This document shows positions 13,430-30,067 of a stretch of DNA of 64,000 nt, one piece after another. Where the stretch lies: the NCBI GenBank assembly GCA_964247055.1, contig OZ176057.1:4030001-4094000 (forward strand). The letters are read 5' to 3'. Origin of the DNA: Paragordius varius (lineage: Eukaryota; Animalia; Nematomorpha). Each line of letters begins with the position of its first letter. Within the stretch, counting starts at the first letter, position 1. Position numbers and translations under genes: made by a program. A model generated the notes under the pieces. The model made no database searches, was not told the DNA's origin, and saw nothing but the letters and a program-made list of their open reading frames with translations.

Positions 13430-13991
13430 CACTTCGATTCAAATTGGGGTATCTAAATACCCCAGACTATATTTATTAAATTGTTACAAAACTACTGAAA
13501 GAAATAGTGTCAATTTAAATTTATGCCTCTATCCTAATACAAATTATATAAATAAGCCGAAATATCTAAATAAAATTTAGTTTTGAAAAAAATGTTTTGT
13601 ATCAAACTACTTTAACGACATTTTTATTTTACAACATTTTGGCAAAATATTGTGTTTTTTTGATTTTAAAGCTAAAATATAAGCTAATTTTTTATTTAAA
13701 TCACATCTTACATTGATAGAAACATAAAAAGTGGTTTATTATTATTTTTAAATTTAGCTAATGCAGACATGTCTACTAATTTTTTACCTTGTGATTTTAC
13801 CTAAAAATAAGTAATATCAGGTATTTTTGGATGATATTTTTTATATATTTCGGTTTATAAATGTTATAGAAATTTTACCCATTGTATTAATACATTCTAT
13901 ATTTTTTGAATTATTTTATTTTAAACGCCTGGGATATCCAACTACCCCAATTTGAATCAAAGGACTAAAATGAATGTGTTTTATCCAAGTT
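13430..13991. mobile_element. piggyBac-like MITE, copy 1
   Basis: TTAA|CACTTCGAT...ATCCAAGTT|TTAA. Body shared with 14441-14945 and 20057-20639. Partial or inverted copies at ~13100-13330, ~14030-14400 and ~14950-15160. Confidence 0.7.
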
Positions 13992-14440
13992 TTAAGGTAA
14001 AAATTAAGTCAACAAAAAAGAATACAAATAAAAGCACTTTTTTTCTATCAATGTTAGATATGATTTAAATAAAAAATTAGCATAAATCTTGGCTTTAAAA
14101 TTAATAAACACGATTTGCAAAGATGTTGCAAAAAATTAACCCGAACTAGTTTGATAAAACTTTTAAATTATTTATCTAGAAATTTCAGCTTATTTATTTA
14201 ATTTTTTTAGGGATACATAAATTTAAATTGGGTCTGTTTCTGTTATTAATTTTTTAAAAATATCAATTTATATATTGTGTGGTGTATTTAATTACCTCAA
14301 TTTAAATCGAATTGCTAAAACTTATATTTTATAAATCACATCTAACATTGATAGAAGAAAAGCGGTTTATATTATTTTGAAATTTTGCTTATGCAAACAG
14401 TCATGGTGATCAAATATTTACCTTTGGGTTTTCCCCTTAA

Positions 14441-14945
14441 TACTTCGATTCAAATCGGGTATCTAAATACCCCAGACTATATTTTTAGGATTTGATAAAA
14501 ATATATGCTTCTTTCCTAATTAATGATATAAATATGCCAAAATATCTAAAAATTTTGTTTTGAAAAAAAGTTCTATGTCAAACTACTTCGTCGCCATTTT
14601 TATTTTACAAAATTTTTGAATATTGTCTTCATTTAACTTTAAATTTTTTATTTAAACTAAGTCTAACAATAGAAATAGAAAACTTTATTTTGTTAATTTT
14701 TCATATCACCATTGCACAAATGTCACGATGACTAAGTTGTTACCTTTCCGTTTTAGTTTAAAATAAGTAATATCAATTATTTTTGAATAAAATTTTTTAT
14801 TTATTTCGGTTTTTTAATGTTAAGTGCAAAATTTTGCCATGGTTTCGATTCCTTCCATACTTTTTAAAGTATTTGATTTTAAACAGGTCTGATGTATTTA
14901 ACTGCCCCAATCAAAGGACTAAAATGATTGTGTTGTATCCAAGTG
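14441..14945. mobile_element. piggyBac-like MITE, copy 2
   Basis: TTAA|TACTTCGAT...ATCCAAGTG|TTAA. Confidence 0.75.
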
Positions 14946-15188
14946 TTAAATAAACACGATATTTTGCGAATATTTTGTGAAATAATGGCGTGAAGTAGTT
15001 TGACACACTTTAAAACGAAATTTTTTTAGATATTTTGGCTTTATATATTTTTTATTTGGATATAAGGATAAATTTAAATTGGGACTGTTTCCTCCGTAAT
15101 CAAGAGATTTATTTAATTTTATTCTGGGGTATTTAAATACCCCAATTTAAATCGAAGTGTTGAGCTGTTGAAATTGCAAAAATATATT

Positions 15189-15203
15189 ATTCTAGAAATT
15201 TCT
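15189..15203. promoter_or_regulatory. Heat-shock element (3-unit nTTCnnGAAnnTTCn)
   Basis: a-TTC-ta-GAA-at-TTC-t, ~110 bp upstream of the polyubiquitin ATG. Polyubiquitin genes are established HSF targets. Confidence 0.6.
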
Positions 15204-15225
15204 TTACTAATGGCACTTTTTTAGA

Positions 15226-15233
15226 TCACGTGA
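15226..15233. promoter_or_regulatory. TCACGTGA E-box (CLEAR/MiT-TFE-type)
   Basis: Perfect palindrome ~80 bp upstream of the ubiquitin ATG. Function inferred only. Confidence 0.4.
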
Positions 15234-15271
15234 ATTTTTTTTTATACAATAAAGTGAATTTTAATTTTTAG

Positions 15272-18171
<2,900 letters not shown>

Positions 18172-18779
18172 ATTATCTTTTAGATTATTTGGTTGTTTAA
18201 AAAATGTTTTTATTCCAAATAAATTCTTATTTCAAATAATTTGTTTTAAATATTATATTACAACATTTAAATGTTTTTATTCAGTAGATTGCTGTGTTTA
18301 AAAAGCCTTGTGACTTTTTAATATTTATAGATAACTATTTAACAAAATAAATGTATATTTCTTAATCATTTTTAGTTGTCATGCTTGCATGGGACTTTAT
18401 TTTAATCCATATTATAAATATGTTGATAAAATCGTCATGTGTAAAATCACAATTAAGTCACCTCTTCGAAATCATCAGTATTATAATTGCCAATAATATA
18501 TCAGGTCGTATCCTAAAATAATTATTGCCATTTTTGTTGCAAATAAAAATTATTGAAAAGTTGAGCCTTTTCATTTATTAAATAAAAACAATTATATATT
18601 AATGTCATACTATGTAAAATTTTTCGCGCCTCTTTGTATGTTTTGGCTTAAATTTTTGGGCCTAAAATAAATACATACCTAGCAAAGTTTTAAGTCTACA
18701 ATCATCAACCAGTGTTTTTCTCTCAAGAGGTCTGACCCATATTAAATAAAAACATGGATTAGTGATGATAAAATATATT

Positions 18780-19745
18780 TTGTGCAAAATACTCTTTTAA
18801 AAATAATTTTTCTGAGAAAGCTTATGACCATCGTATTCGATTGCCGTAAAAATTTTTATTTGTTTCAACCTAGTTTTTGAAATATTGGGAGAAAATCAAA
18901 ATCAGGCAAAAAGTGAAAAATAAGATAATTAATTATTATTTAAAAAAATGATAATAGAGATATTATGGTTTATTGTCATTTTTAGGAGATATTTTCAATT
19001 TATAAATAAAAAATCATATAGGAAGACAAATTTTATATGAAACTATTTTAATTCTTTATTATTTACCAGCTAAAATCACTATTAAAATCTTAACATTCAT
19101 ATTTTATTCAGTAAAAAATACTTTTATATCAAAATAAATCAAAAAATATTTTTTTTCTTTTTTTGTATCTGGTTGATGAGCGTAAAATTATACTATTTTA
19201 TTTTGGAATCTTAGATCAGTGGGAGTTATAAATTATATAATTTATGAAAAATAGGATTTGAAAGTAGTGGCATATCAACCAACAATCCCTACATATACCT
19301 GTTTTAACACAAATTTATAATTTTACTGAAATGTGTTTGGATTTTTGGTTTTGTAAATTTTACTTTGTATTAATATATACTTTAAAATTCTCGCTCATGT
19401 TTAATTCCGAAATAGTAAATTTTTTATACCGTCATAAACCAGATGACAAAAATGAAAATAAAAACAGTATTTTTATTTTGTTATAGTATTTTTTTACTGA
19501 ATTCAATATGAATAACATTTTAATAGTGATTTTAGCTAGTAAATAATTAAAAATATTTTCACTTTTAATTGTGTTAAATAAAACGCCATCTTTGAACTTC
19601 TTTTTATAGAAGCTCTACTAAATGATTTTAGGCTACTTATATTTTAAAAATATCTCCTAAAATAATAAAATACCATATTTCAACTTTATTGTTTGAATTA
19701 TCCTTAATTTTCACTTTTTGCCCGATTTCGATTTTCTCTTAATAT
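18780..19745. mobile_element. Foldback element (Tc1/mariner-like MITE family), right end truncated
   Basis: Arm ~18870-19130 is inverted relative to ~19440-19745 and is homologous to the more complete copy at 61622-62794. Confidence 0.7.
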
Positions 19746-20056
19746 ACCATTTGCACTTCAAGAGTCTCCTTGAACATTTCAAGTTGTTCCTTTGACTTTT
19801 TTGTTTTTTTTTAACTTTTTTCAATCATATTGTATATTATTCATCTATTTTATTGTTTTTAACCTATTTTCTATCATTAGACATAAATTTTAAATTAATT
19901 TTATCTTTTTATCATCCAGAAACCGTTTGTCTCTATAAATTTCTTAGACTTATTTTGGATATTATAAGATTTTAACACGTAATTCAAAATATATAAGTTT
20001 TCTAGGTTGTTATTTAAAATTTTTCTTTGAAAACATTTAAAAATCAATTTTGTTAA

Positions 20057-20639
20057 CACTTCAATTCAAATTGGGGTATCTAAATACCCCAGATTAAATT
20101 TAAATTAAAATTTTTAAAAAACTACTGAAGGAAACGGTCCCAATTTAAAATTATGCTTCTATCCTGATAAATAATATATAAATATGCAAAAATATCTTGA
20201 TAAAATTTTGTTTTGAAAAAAAGTTCCATCTCAAACTACTTCGACGCCATTTTTATTTTACAAAAATTTTGCAAAATATCGTTTTCATTTAATTTTAAGG
20301 GTAAAACTAAAGCTTATTATTTATATAAATTACATCTAACATTGATAGAAATAGAAAAAGCGGTTTATTTTGTATTATTTTTTAATTTTACAATTTGACA
20401 CATGTCACACGTTGACTAAATTTTTACCTTTCAGTTTTAGCTCAAAATAAGGAATATCAAGTATTTTTGAATAAAATTTTTTATATATTTCGGTTTATTA
20501 ATGTTATATAAGTGCAAAATTTTGCCATGGTTTGGATTGCTTCCATACTTTTTAAAGTATTTGATTTTAAACAGGCCTGGGGTATCCAACTAACCCAATT
20601 CGAATCGAAGGACTAAAATGAGTGTGTAGTATCCAAGTG
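20057..20639. mobile_element. piggyBac-like MITE, copy 3
   Basis: TTAA|CACTTCAAT...ATCCAAGTG|TTAA. Confidence 0.8.
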
Positions 20640-20699
20640 TTAAATGGAAAAAATTGAAACAAAAAGTGGTTTTTGAATAGAATCTTTTATTTACAATAA

Positions 20700-23600
20700 C
20701 ACTAGACAGCAAATTTTTCTGCCACTCGAGTTTTTTGCATTTTCTGATATTTAGTATCATTTTAACAGTAAATCTGAAATAAAAATTATAACTCGATGGA
20801 AGAATTTTGTATAATTTGGTTTTTTTGATTATGCGCCCCCTTTATCAAAACTTTACTAAAAGATGTTTTTCTTTGAAAACATACAAGTAATGCTCATTTG
20901 TAATATATCATTCGAAAGAGTATTAAAAACTCTATAAAATGCATACTAATATGTATTACATCGACAATTAATATTGAACACAGAGAGCGACAAACGCGCG
21001 AAGCGAGAGCATTTTTTTTAATTAATATCTTTTTGTAATGGATGAAAATAGCTCAAACTTTGTTTAGATCAGGGGTGTCCAACACAAATGGCTTGAAGAG
21101 CCACCTTTTCGACCTCAATTCCAAAGAGCCATTTTTTATATATATCAAGACATTGGTAACAAATAAATTTTTTATTAGATGTGCTAATTTTCATATCAAA
21201 AAGAAAATAAACAGTATAAATATAATAATGCTTTGCTAATTATATCAATGTGTAAAGAAAGATACAAATACATGGATATGGTAAACTTATTGCGATTCGA
21301 TAGTATGACTAGAGTATACTGTAGCTAATCGCCAAAATATAACCTTTTATTATATAATAAAAATAAAAGAAATAAATATTGTTCATTGCATAATTAAATT
21401 TTTAATGAGATATTTTTTTTGTAATTTTTTTGCTTAATTTATTCAGATCTATATACAGCACATCTAAATTCATTCCCCAAGTTTTCATCAGTTAATAAAG
21501 AACGTGAAAGAGATTTTATGTATTTCATTTTTGTAATAAAATTTTCGCAAAGATAAGTGGACCCATAAGCACAAATTAATCCTTGTGCAAAAATTCTTAA
21601 ATTAAATTTATCAAACGTTATATTTTTAAAATTCAATTTTATTTGTTTGCCCAAATAATAATTTTAATTCATTATTGGATTGCAAATCTAGTAATTCCAT
21701 TTGTAAATTAATAGGAGCGTTGATAACTTCAACGTAGAATGGACAATTTGATCTGCATATTTTGAAAAATCGTTAGTTATACCAGCTTTAAATCTATTCA
21801 ATTCTGGAAAATGTTCAGCATTATTTTTTTTAAATATTATTCAAATAACATCAATTTTTTACAAAACGCTATAATATGGTTATTCGCTTCAACAATTAAA
21901 TTATCTTGCTGCAAGAATTTATTTAATTGATTTAGTTTTTCGGTAATGTCTATGGAAAAGCATAAATCTGACAAACAATCTTTATTGGTTAATCCCTATA
22001 CCAAATAATTATTCTGCAATAGAAAAATATTTATTTCTTTCAATAAATAATAAAACCTTTTTAAACATTTCCCTCGACTAAGCCACCTTACATTTGAAAA
22101 AAATATAAGATCTCCATATTCTGAATGAAGTTCTTTTAATTCCTTAAACTGCTTATGCTTCAAAGCATGAGATTTAAATTAACTACTTTAATAACAACGG
22201 TCATAAAATTGTCCATTGTCAGAGCATGTGCGCAGAGATTTTCACGGTGAATCATGCAATGCATTATATATATATGGTCAATATTAAAACCATCGGATTC
22301 CTTCTTATTTAACAATGATTTCACGTTCCCTTGTTTTTTCCCATCATAGCTGGGGCACCATCTCTTGTCAAACATGCCCTCATATTTAATTTATTGTCCT
22401 CAAACATTTTAGATTTGCATGAAACCTATCATCTCTGTTAGTTGTATTTTCATCGGAAGTAAGCCTAACTTATCTTCTGTTATATTAAAAAATTCATCTA
22501 CCCCTCGAATAAAGACTACCAATTGTGATATGTTGCTTATATCTGTGCTTTCATCAAATGACAAGGAAAAAGCCACAAAATTTTGAATTGTTTCTTTTAG
22601 GGAAAGTTGAATTTCTTCTGCGATGTCTGTAATTCGTCGACACATAGTATTGCGCGAAAGACTTATACTGGATATTAATTCAACTTTATTAGGCAAAACA
22701 CATTTTATAATTTCCAGTACGCATTCCTTTACAAACTTACCATCAGAATAAGGCTTCATTTTTTTGGCGAGTAAATTGGCAACAATATAATTTTACTATC
22801 GGATAAGGTTGCGTGAATGAAATTGTTGGTTGTAGATTATTAATATTTTTTAAAGATACTAATTTTATTATTTTCATTTCGGTAGATATATTAATAAAAT
22901 CCAAATGCATGGTATTGGCATGTCTTTTTAAATTACGCGAAACCCGTTTGTCGTAAATTTACAAATAAGGCACTCCGCTTTGTTGAAAATTTGAGTAGAC
23001 TCATATAGTAATTCCCAGTCGGGATATTTACTTTTTTAGATTTATGCATATTGAAAGCTAAATAAATTATTTTAAATACCTATTTTTCGCAAGTAATTTA
23101 ATTTTTCAATAGACCTTAATTATAATTCCCAGTATTGGTATGAAAGCTAAATAAATTATTTTAAGTACCTATTTTTTTGCAAGTAATTTTTAATTTAATG
23201 TGAAAGTTATCATCTTGAAGTTGGAAATAACATGCAGGAAAAAATAAGTTTTATAAATGATTTAATGAATGCGATGATAGATATTTATAATAAATTTTAT
23301 TAAAAATTTCTAAAACTAATTTAAATGTCAAAATAAAAATGCATACATATAAAAAATTTTAAAAAAATTAGAAATTATTTTTAAAAAAAAATTTTTTTTC
23401 TTCAAAATTTTCAAAGAGCCACTCAAAATTTTCAATGAGCCACTAGTGGCTCGCGAGTACCCTGTTGGACACCCCTGATTTAATTGGTTATAAATGTCCA
23501 AAAATGATAACACAAAAAAATTTTTTCGTTTAAAACATTTTTTATTGCTTTTATGTCACTCAAAACAGCCATTTTTAAGTTTTTTGTTTTTTAAAAATTA

Positions 23601-24203
23601 CCATCTCATCAATATTAATTTATTTTCTTTACGAGGCTGATAATTTCGAAATTTTAAAGATAAAAAGTTTAAGGTATTTTGATCCTTTATAGCCATTATG
23701 TAATAAATTTACAGTTATAACTTGCATTTTAATATCCACTAGGTAAAATATTTATGATAATAATAATTTTTATTAAAAAAGCAAACCAAAAGCTTTTTCA
23801 AACATTTTTTTTATTAAATGCTAATATAGCCCTAATAATTATATTAAAATAATTTATATGATTTTCAAATTAGTTAGTCTGTGAAAATTTTTGACTTATT
23901 TAAGGATTGAAAATTTCGACCATTTATATCCAAATAACTTTTACATCCGATTGATTAAAATGACTTACTACCATTTAAAAGATGCAATTTGCGCTCTTCC
24001 GAATGATATAAAAAACATGGCATATCTAAAACTTTTAATTTTCGAAATTTCGAGTTTAATGTTAAATCGGGGCCAAAAATTATCGATAAAAAAATTGCAT
24101 GCTAGACCAATTTTCTTTTCAGATATACTATTTATATACTTTAATGAAATAAATTTTAAATTTACAAGAATGGCAGTTAAAAAAAGTTATTTGTTGTCTA
24201 GTG
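20700..24203. mobile_element. CMC-like element copy 2 (reverse of 1420-2544), carrying a hAT insertion
   Basis: TAA|CACTAGACAGC...GTTGTCTAGTG|TAA. Segments 20700-21069 and 23486-24203 are the reverse complement of 1420-2544. Confidence 0.8.
21070..23477 (-). mobile_element. hAT transposon (Buster/SPIN, GTF2IRD2-like), degenerate
   Basis: Perfect 14-bp TIR CAGGGGTGTCCAAC and subterminal GTGGCTC motifs. Minus-strand transposase fragments KPYSDGKFVKEC, LSRNTMCRRI, SLSFDESTDIS, HCMIHRENLCA. Decayed 8-bp TSD GTTTAGAT/ATTTAATT. Confidence 0.9.
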
Positions 24204-24300
24204 TAATAAATATATAATAAATAAAGAAAATTAGGTTTGTAAATAGTAAAATGAAAATATAAATGCAAAAATTATGGTTAATCCAAAATTTAAAAATTTT

Positions 24301-24420
24301 AAGGACCAACTTGAAGTGTTCAACGACAAACTTGAACTGTTTAAGGACCAACTTAAAACAAGGGCCAACTTGAAGTGTTCAAGGACCAACTTGAAGTGTT
24401 AAAGGACACTCTTGAAGTGC
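24301..24420 (+). repeat. 21-bp minisatellite (AAGGACCAACTTGAAGTGTTC) x ~5-6
   Basis: Imperfect tandem copies are directly visible; one has a short deletion. Confidence 0.85.
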
Positions 24421-25148
24421 AAATGGTATATTTCAAAAACTAGGTCGTCCACAAATTAAAATTATATATACATATATAAATATTTAATTAAAATATTATT
24501 ATTGAAAATAGTTGCGCATTTACTTTTGGCCTTTATTTTTTCTATATGGTGTTCAATCAAAATTATTTCGCATTTATTACATCAAAAATTTTTAGATCTT
24601 TTATTATGGAAAAGCATTACCTATTTAAAATAGTGAGCACCCTAATTCATTGTACATTAGTTAATTCAGTGGCGCTTATTTTTTAAAATTTTTGAGGGCC
24701 GTACAAAATATTTATCTTGTCTAAAAGGGGCCCTTCACCATTAATACTAACAAATTTTAAATGGCTGCTAATATGCATAAATTGATATTCCAAATAAATA
24801 CATGGATAATGAATGACAGGACCATAAAAAGCACTTTTAAGTTCGCATGCGGCCCGTGGGCCGCTTTGGTTAAATATTGATTACATATAGTAGATTATTT
24901 AAGCATGAATATGTATTGATTCTGTCTATAACTATTATATATGATTCATATTTAAAGTGATTGTTACATCTAAGATTTAACATTTATGTTTTTTTATTTA
25001 TTGTTAATCAAATTAAATGTTTTATAAACAAAATGACAAAAATGATATAATTAATTACTTTATAAAACTTAAGGTTTATGTCTAAGGATATCTACTGAGT
25101 TTGTTATTGGACTGTGTACACAATCTTTTATAACTATTCCCTATTTTT

Positions 25149-27388
25149 ATGGATCCTACAAGCGACAAAATTAACGAATCAACCAACAATAATAACAACC
25201 CTGAGGAACAAAACGATGATGATGAATTAGACGATGATACAACTGAAGTTACAACAGATAAAACCGCTGAAATTGTTCAAGAGGGTGCCAGAAAAAACTC
25301 ATCCAAAGGAAAAAGGAGACCAAGTACCAACGCTAACAATCGGCAATCCGAATATGAAAATGATGATCGAATATCATCTGGAAAAACAACTGGACGTAAA
25401 AATTCCTCTTTAGTTGAAGGTGAGGAAAGTATTGAAATACCTGACTTCCCTGGTGAACAGGATGAAATATTGACCCCAGCTCCCACAGGACAACCCTTAA
25501 CATCACCCATTGAAAAGGGTGTAAGGGTCAAGGATATTTATACAGTTCCTATCGCTAAACCAGTAACACATATTCCGGCGAGTCCTGGGAGAAAGTTATC
25601 GAAAGATCAACATATAAAAAACAATCCCTTAACAAATTTGTATAAAACTAAAGTAATACCTCCTGTTACCAAGGATACAGATCTTGACGAAATTAGGCAA
25701 CTTGAAACCGTTGAAATGGTTAAAAATGAGATGAATAAGGCCGGACAACCCGCTCCCAAAGCATTCAATTATTTTGGGAAAATAAATGGTGATGTCACCG
25801 CATCTAATAAAAACACATCATCTTTAAACACTACAAAAATGATTGCAAATGAAAGGGCCGATGATTCCAAGAAAACATTGACAGAAACAAATATGCCAAG
25901 GCACACTAAAACAAAAATTGCTAAAATTCGAGAGGTCTGGAAAGAAAGAGATTCCCGTTCTTCCACAGCTTCGAGGACAACCAAATTGGGATTGGGAATA
26001 AGTACTCCAGCTCCAAAATTGGCCCTGATCTCTGGTTCTAAACCAGTTACCTCACGATTAGGTTAAAAATAAAATTTATAATGCTTATTAGTTATGGGAA
26101 AATGTTCTAAATCCTATTTATATTCAATCTCGGTTTTTTGATAGGCATGTGGGAAGATAAGATTGAGAGAGAATCAGTTGCTGTTAAGAGCGGTGCTGCA
26201 TATGGATTGTCTGTTAAACAACAAACAGCTAACCGTTTGGCATCAATGCAACCTTCAGCAACCACAAAAAACGATGCTGAACAAAAATCTGCTATTCCAA
26301 AAAAATTAGATATGACTTCTAGTGTGTTTACCAAATCGGCACAATCAACCAAAATCGGTTTATCAAAAGATGTCCTACCAGTGAAAACTTTGACTAAGAC
26401 TGGAATCGGAAAAATTGGAGTACCATTATTGCCATCTTTACCCATTATTGACGCTAAGAAGGGGTTAGGGACATCTGTAAAAGATATAAAACAGACGGTA
26501 GACCTGGCAAATATTCCCCCCACGAAAATTGATACACAAACCGTAACTCAACGTAAAACAAATGATGCCCTATCTAACGTCGATATTAAACCGGAGACAA
26601 GTATGGTTGATGTAAAACCTTCACCATCGAAACCAAAGATGGCTCTTAATTTTAATCCCGCTATGTTGGCCCCTGGTCTTGGTATGAATGTTAAAGCTAT
26701 AAAATCAAGCCAGCAACCTTTAATCCCACTTAAGATACCGATAATTACGGAAGAATCCATATCTAAAATTATGGTAATTGAGAAAGAAATTGAAAAACCC
26801 TTACAAACATCCACCTCATCGATACCAAGTGTAACAGCAGGAGAAAGTGATAATTTGTTTCAATTGCCAACCTCCATTATGGCTTCCATCTCAGGGACGA
26901 ATGTGGCTGGCCCACATAAAAATATTCCCAAAATTAATATTGGGTTGGCTAATGTGGCTCAATGGGGTGCTTTAAGTTCTGCCGTAGCAGGGATAGCAAA
27001 AGTTAAAAAACCAATTGAAGTCGTTGATCAAAAATCTACGGAGCAAGGTATGGTTGTTTCAACAAACAATGCAACAACGATACTACCGATCGATAACCTG
27101 ATAAATCAGCCTAATGTAAACATGAATGATACCATTTTAATCGTTAAAACGCTTATTCCCCCAACCGAACAAGCGAATGGCCCAAATCTGTTAGATTCTA
27201 TCGCAGTTACACAAAATTCAGTACCTGAGATTGCTATTTCTGCGCTAGAACACGAAAAAGCAATGCCAAAATCTTTGATTGAATCCAGAAATGAAAGTAT
27301 CTTAAACAGTTTGTCAGACATGCTCTCAGAACCCGATACTGAAACAGGTTTTCTCTCTCGTTTCAATATTATTAAATTTTTTACATAA
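25149..27388 (+). CDS. Uncharacterised low-complexity, probably disordered protein (~718 aa, 2 exons)
   Basis: ORFs 25149-26066 and 26138-27388 join in phase through an 83-nt intron at 26062-26144 (TTA G|gttaaa...ttgatag|GC ATG). Acidic N-terminus, then K/T/S/P/I-rich. GC content is above background. No recognisable domain. Confidence 0.75.
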
Positions 27389-29937
27389 ACAGGCTAATAT
27401 TGTAGTTGCTTTGATATTAACTCCTTACAAATAAGCTTCTATTTTATATTATATTTAAAATACAATTTGTTAAGCTAGGGCAGCACACAAATTTGGCTAA
27501 TACCTTTGTAAAAATATTAGACGTATCAGAAGGTGGACAATTTAAATAACATATTATCACACTGTATACAAATGAGGGTATTCATACACGGGCAAATTTT
27601 CGTAAGAAAACTACTGATATGACAATCATATGCCGCAAATATTTTAAACCTTCTAGTCGGGCAAGAACAAAAATGCATGGGCAATTAAAAAATATTTGTA
27701 AAAATTATAGTTTTCAATATATTATAATAGATTTTACTTTGAATGGATTATTTAAAACAGCGTAATTATATAATTTAGAGTTAAATTACCTAATAAATTA
27801 AAATTAAATTTTTAATATATTTAAAATACATATAATCAAAAATATTTAAAGCGATCACAACACGGTATTTTTCAATCAGTAAAAATGTCTTCCGACGGTT
27901 CAAAGTTCTTTTTTTTCATTTTGGTGTAAAAAACTTAGCATTTAATATATGAACAGTATCAAGTCTATTACTTTTTTGTATTATTAGTTTGATACTTAAA
28001 ATGTGTCTTTCATGATATCATGATAGTGATAAATTTTTTGTGAAATACACACATTAAAATCTCTCTTAACCACTTTTACCACGCCTTCCTTAATATCCAA
28101 ATATTCTTAAATTTAATCTTATGGGAAAAATTACAATGCAAAATCCAAATTTAGGATAGAATGATTAACACATCATTCATTACCTCTTACTTTTTTAATA
28201 TTCCAGGGCTCAATTTTAAAAAATGTTTGGGTAAAAATATAATTATCAAACATTATAAGGCCTAAAATATGGGCGGCTCCAAAACACGATTGAAATGAGC
28301 AGTTGATATTTAAATCAAAATAAATTAATTTTTTTCTGATAAAATGTAGCCTGAAGCTTTAAAAGTTAATTTACATTTTTAGCTATTATATACATTTATT
28401 TGTCTCGCAACAATTTTAAAAGAATTAGATAAAAATAGCGGCAAAAAAGTTTGAGATGAGGATTTTTAAAATTTTAAATTTTTTAAAAAAAAATTTTTGA
28501 TGTGCTAAAATAAGAAAGCACATTTTTAAATTTGGATTAATACCTCCTTTTGATATTAAAATTTTTAATGGCTCTGGTAATTACTCCAAAAGGTTGTTAA
28601 CATGCATTCATACAAATATATGAATTTATTGTTTGACATAAAGTACAAAACTAATAGCATATCAGTAATTAAAAAGATACATTAATAAGCCTAAGATTGA
28701 TAGAAGAACCGCATTATTCAATAACATTACAATAAAACTTGGCCAATGACTGAGTAATATCATTGAATCTTATTTTATAATTCCATATTTTTAAAAAATA
28801 TTAATATATATTAGGGTCTATTAACTCAAGAAAGTTTTTACCGCAGGAATAAGGCTAAGGTAGAGATATAAAAATATTTGCATTTTCGGTGATTTTTAAA
28901 GTGAGCGGGTGCGACGACGCCATATATCATGAATTTAACGTATTAACCCTCTACTTTAATAATGTTAACAGTTTAAAAAAATTCTTACCGGATATTTTAT
29001 CATATATATGGCTTATGTTTATAAGAATCACATATGGCCAAATTTATATTGCCTTTTACCGCTACTGTTAAAAAAAATGACTTTCAAACATAAACAAAAT
29101 GTAAAAAAATAATGTAAAATTCTTGTAATGAAAATTGTCAAAATTAATGTTTGTTGCCTGGCTAATTTATTCTAAATTAAAAATATACATGATTATGAAT
29201 AAATTAACGCGATAATCAATGATTAACAGGAGGAAAAGAAAGGCTTAGCGAATTATTGGCAAACAAAGAAACACATAAAATGTTAGAATGTATCAATAAA
29301 CCGAAACCACACAAAAGACGGTCCCCTCGATGAACCTCATAATTTTTTATCTGCAATCGAATATTTTGAATTGAAATTCAAAATCATTTTAGGTTATATA
29401 GATGGCATAATATATATTAATAAATAAAAATGTCAATAAAATTTATTTATATGGCCAATTATATAGGTATTTTCTAAAAAGAAAAAAAATAATAAAATTA
29501 ATATTTGGCTATAATTTGGGTAATATTTTTCCAAGTTTTTGTCCTATTATGATGTTATTTCATCACATAGGCATTGCGTTAGTATCGCATATAATTTGTT
29601 TCCTTTGATCATCGCACAATGACTCAATACAATATCTAATTTATCGGTTTTTTTGAAAAAAATTATTTTATAAAGTATTTTACTGCATGGATTCGTTTAT
29701 TTAAGTTTTTCTGTAAAACATATAAGCATATAATAATTTAGTCGTTGTTAAATTATAAAAAAGTGGTCATTCTTGACTTTAATTTCTATTACAAGTTGGC
29801 TGACTAGTATCAATTTTATACAACAAATTTATGTTTATATTACATACATATATATATATACATATTTATATGTTCGAATAAGTTTTAAAAATTAGTAACA
29901 GCAATCTAAATTTATGAAAATATATAGGCGCGTTTCC

Positions 29938-30067
29938 AACCATTTTTCAGAGAAACATTTTCCAAGCAAACGCACAACATTTTTAATTTCGAATGGAATG
30001 AAAAAGTCTTTCCTTAAAAATTATGACGTTTGCTTGAAAAAAAGTTGCTTTTAACTTAAAAATGGTT
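29938..30067. mobile_element. Small MITE (ACCATTTTTCAG ends; CAAGCAAACGCAACATTTT subrepeats)
   Basis: Inverted ends ACCATTTTT/AAAAATGGT. A related element lies at ~58948-59169. Confidence 0.5.

Noticed and set aside
24301-24420. CRISPR array
   Set aside because: Head-to-tail repeats without unique spacers, in a eukaryotic context with no cas genes.
25277-27366. Several minus-strand ORFs (84, 71, 138, 88, 86 aa)
   Set aside because: Shadows of the long plus-strand coding exons.
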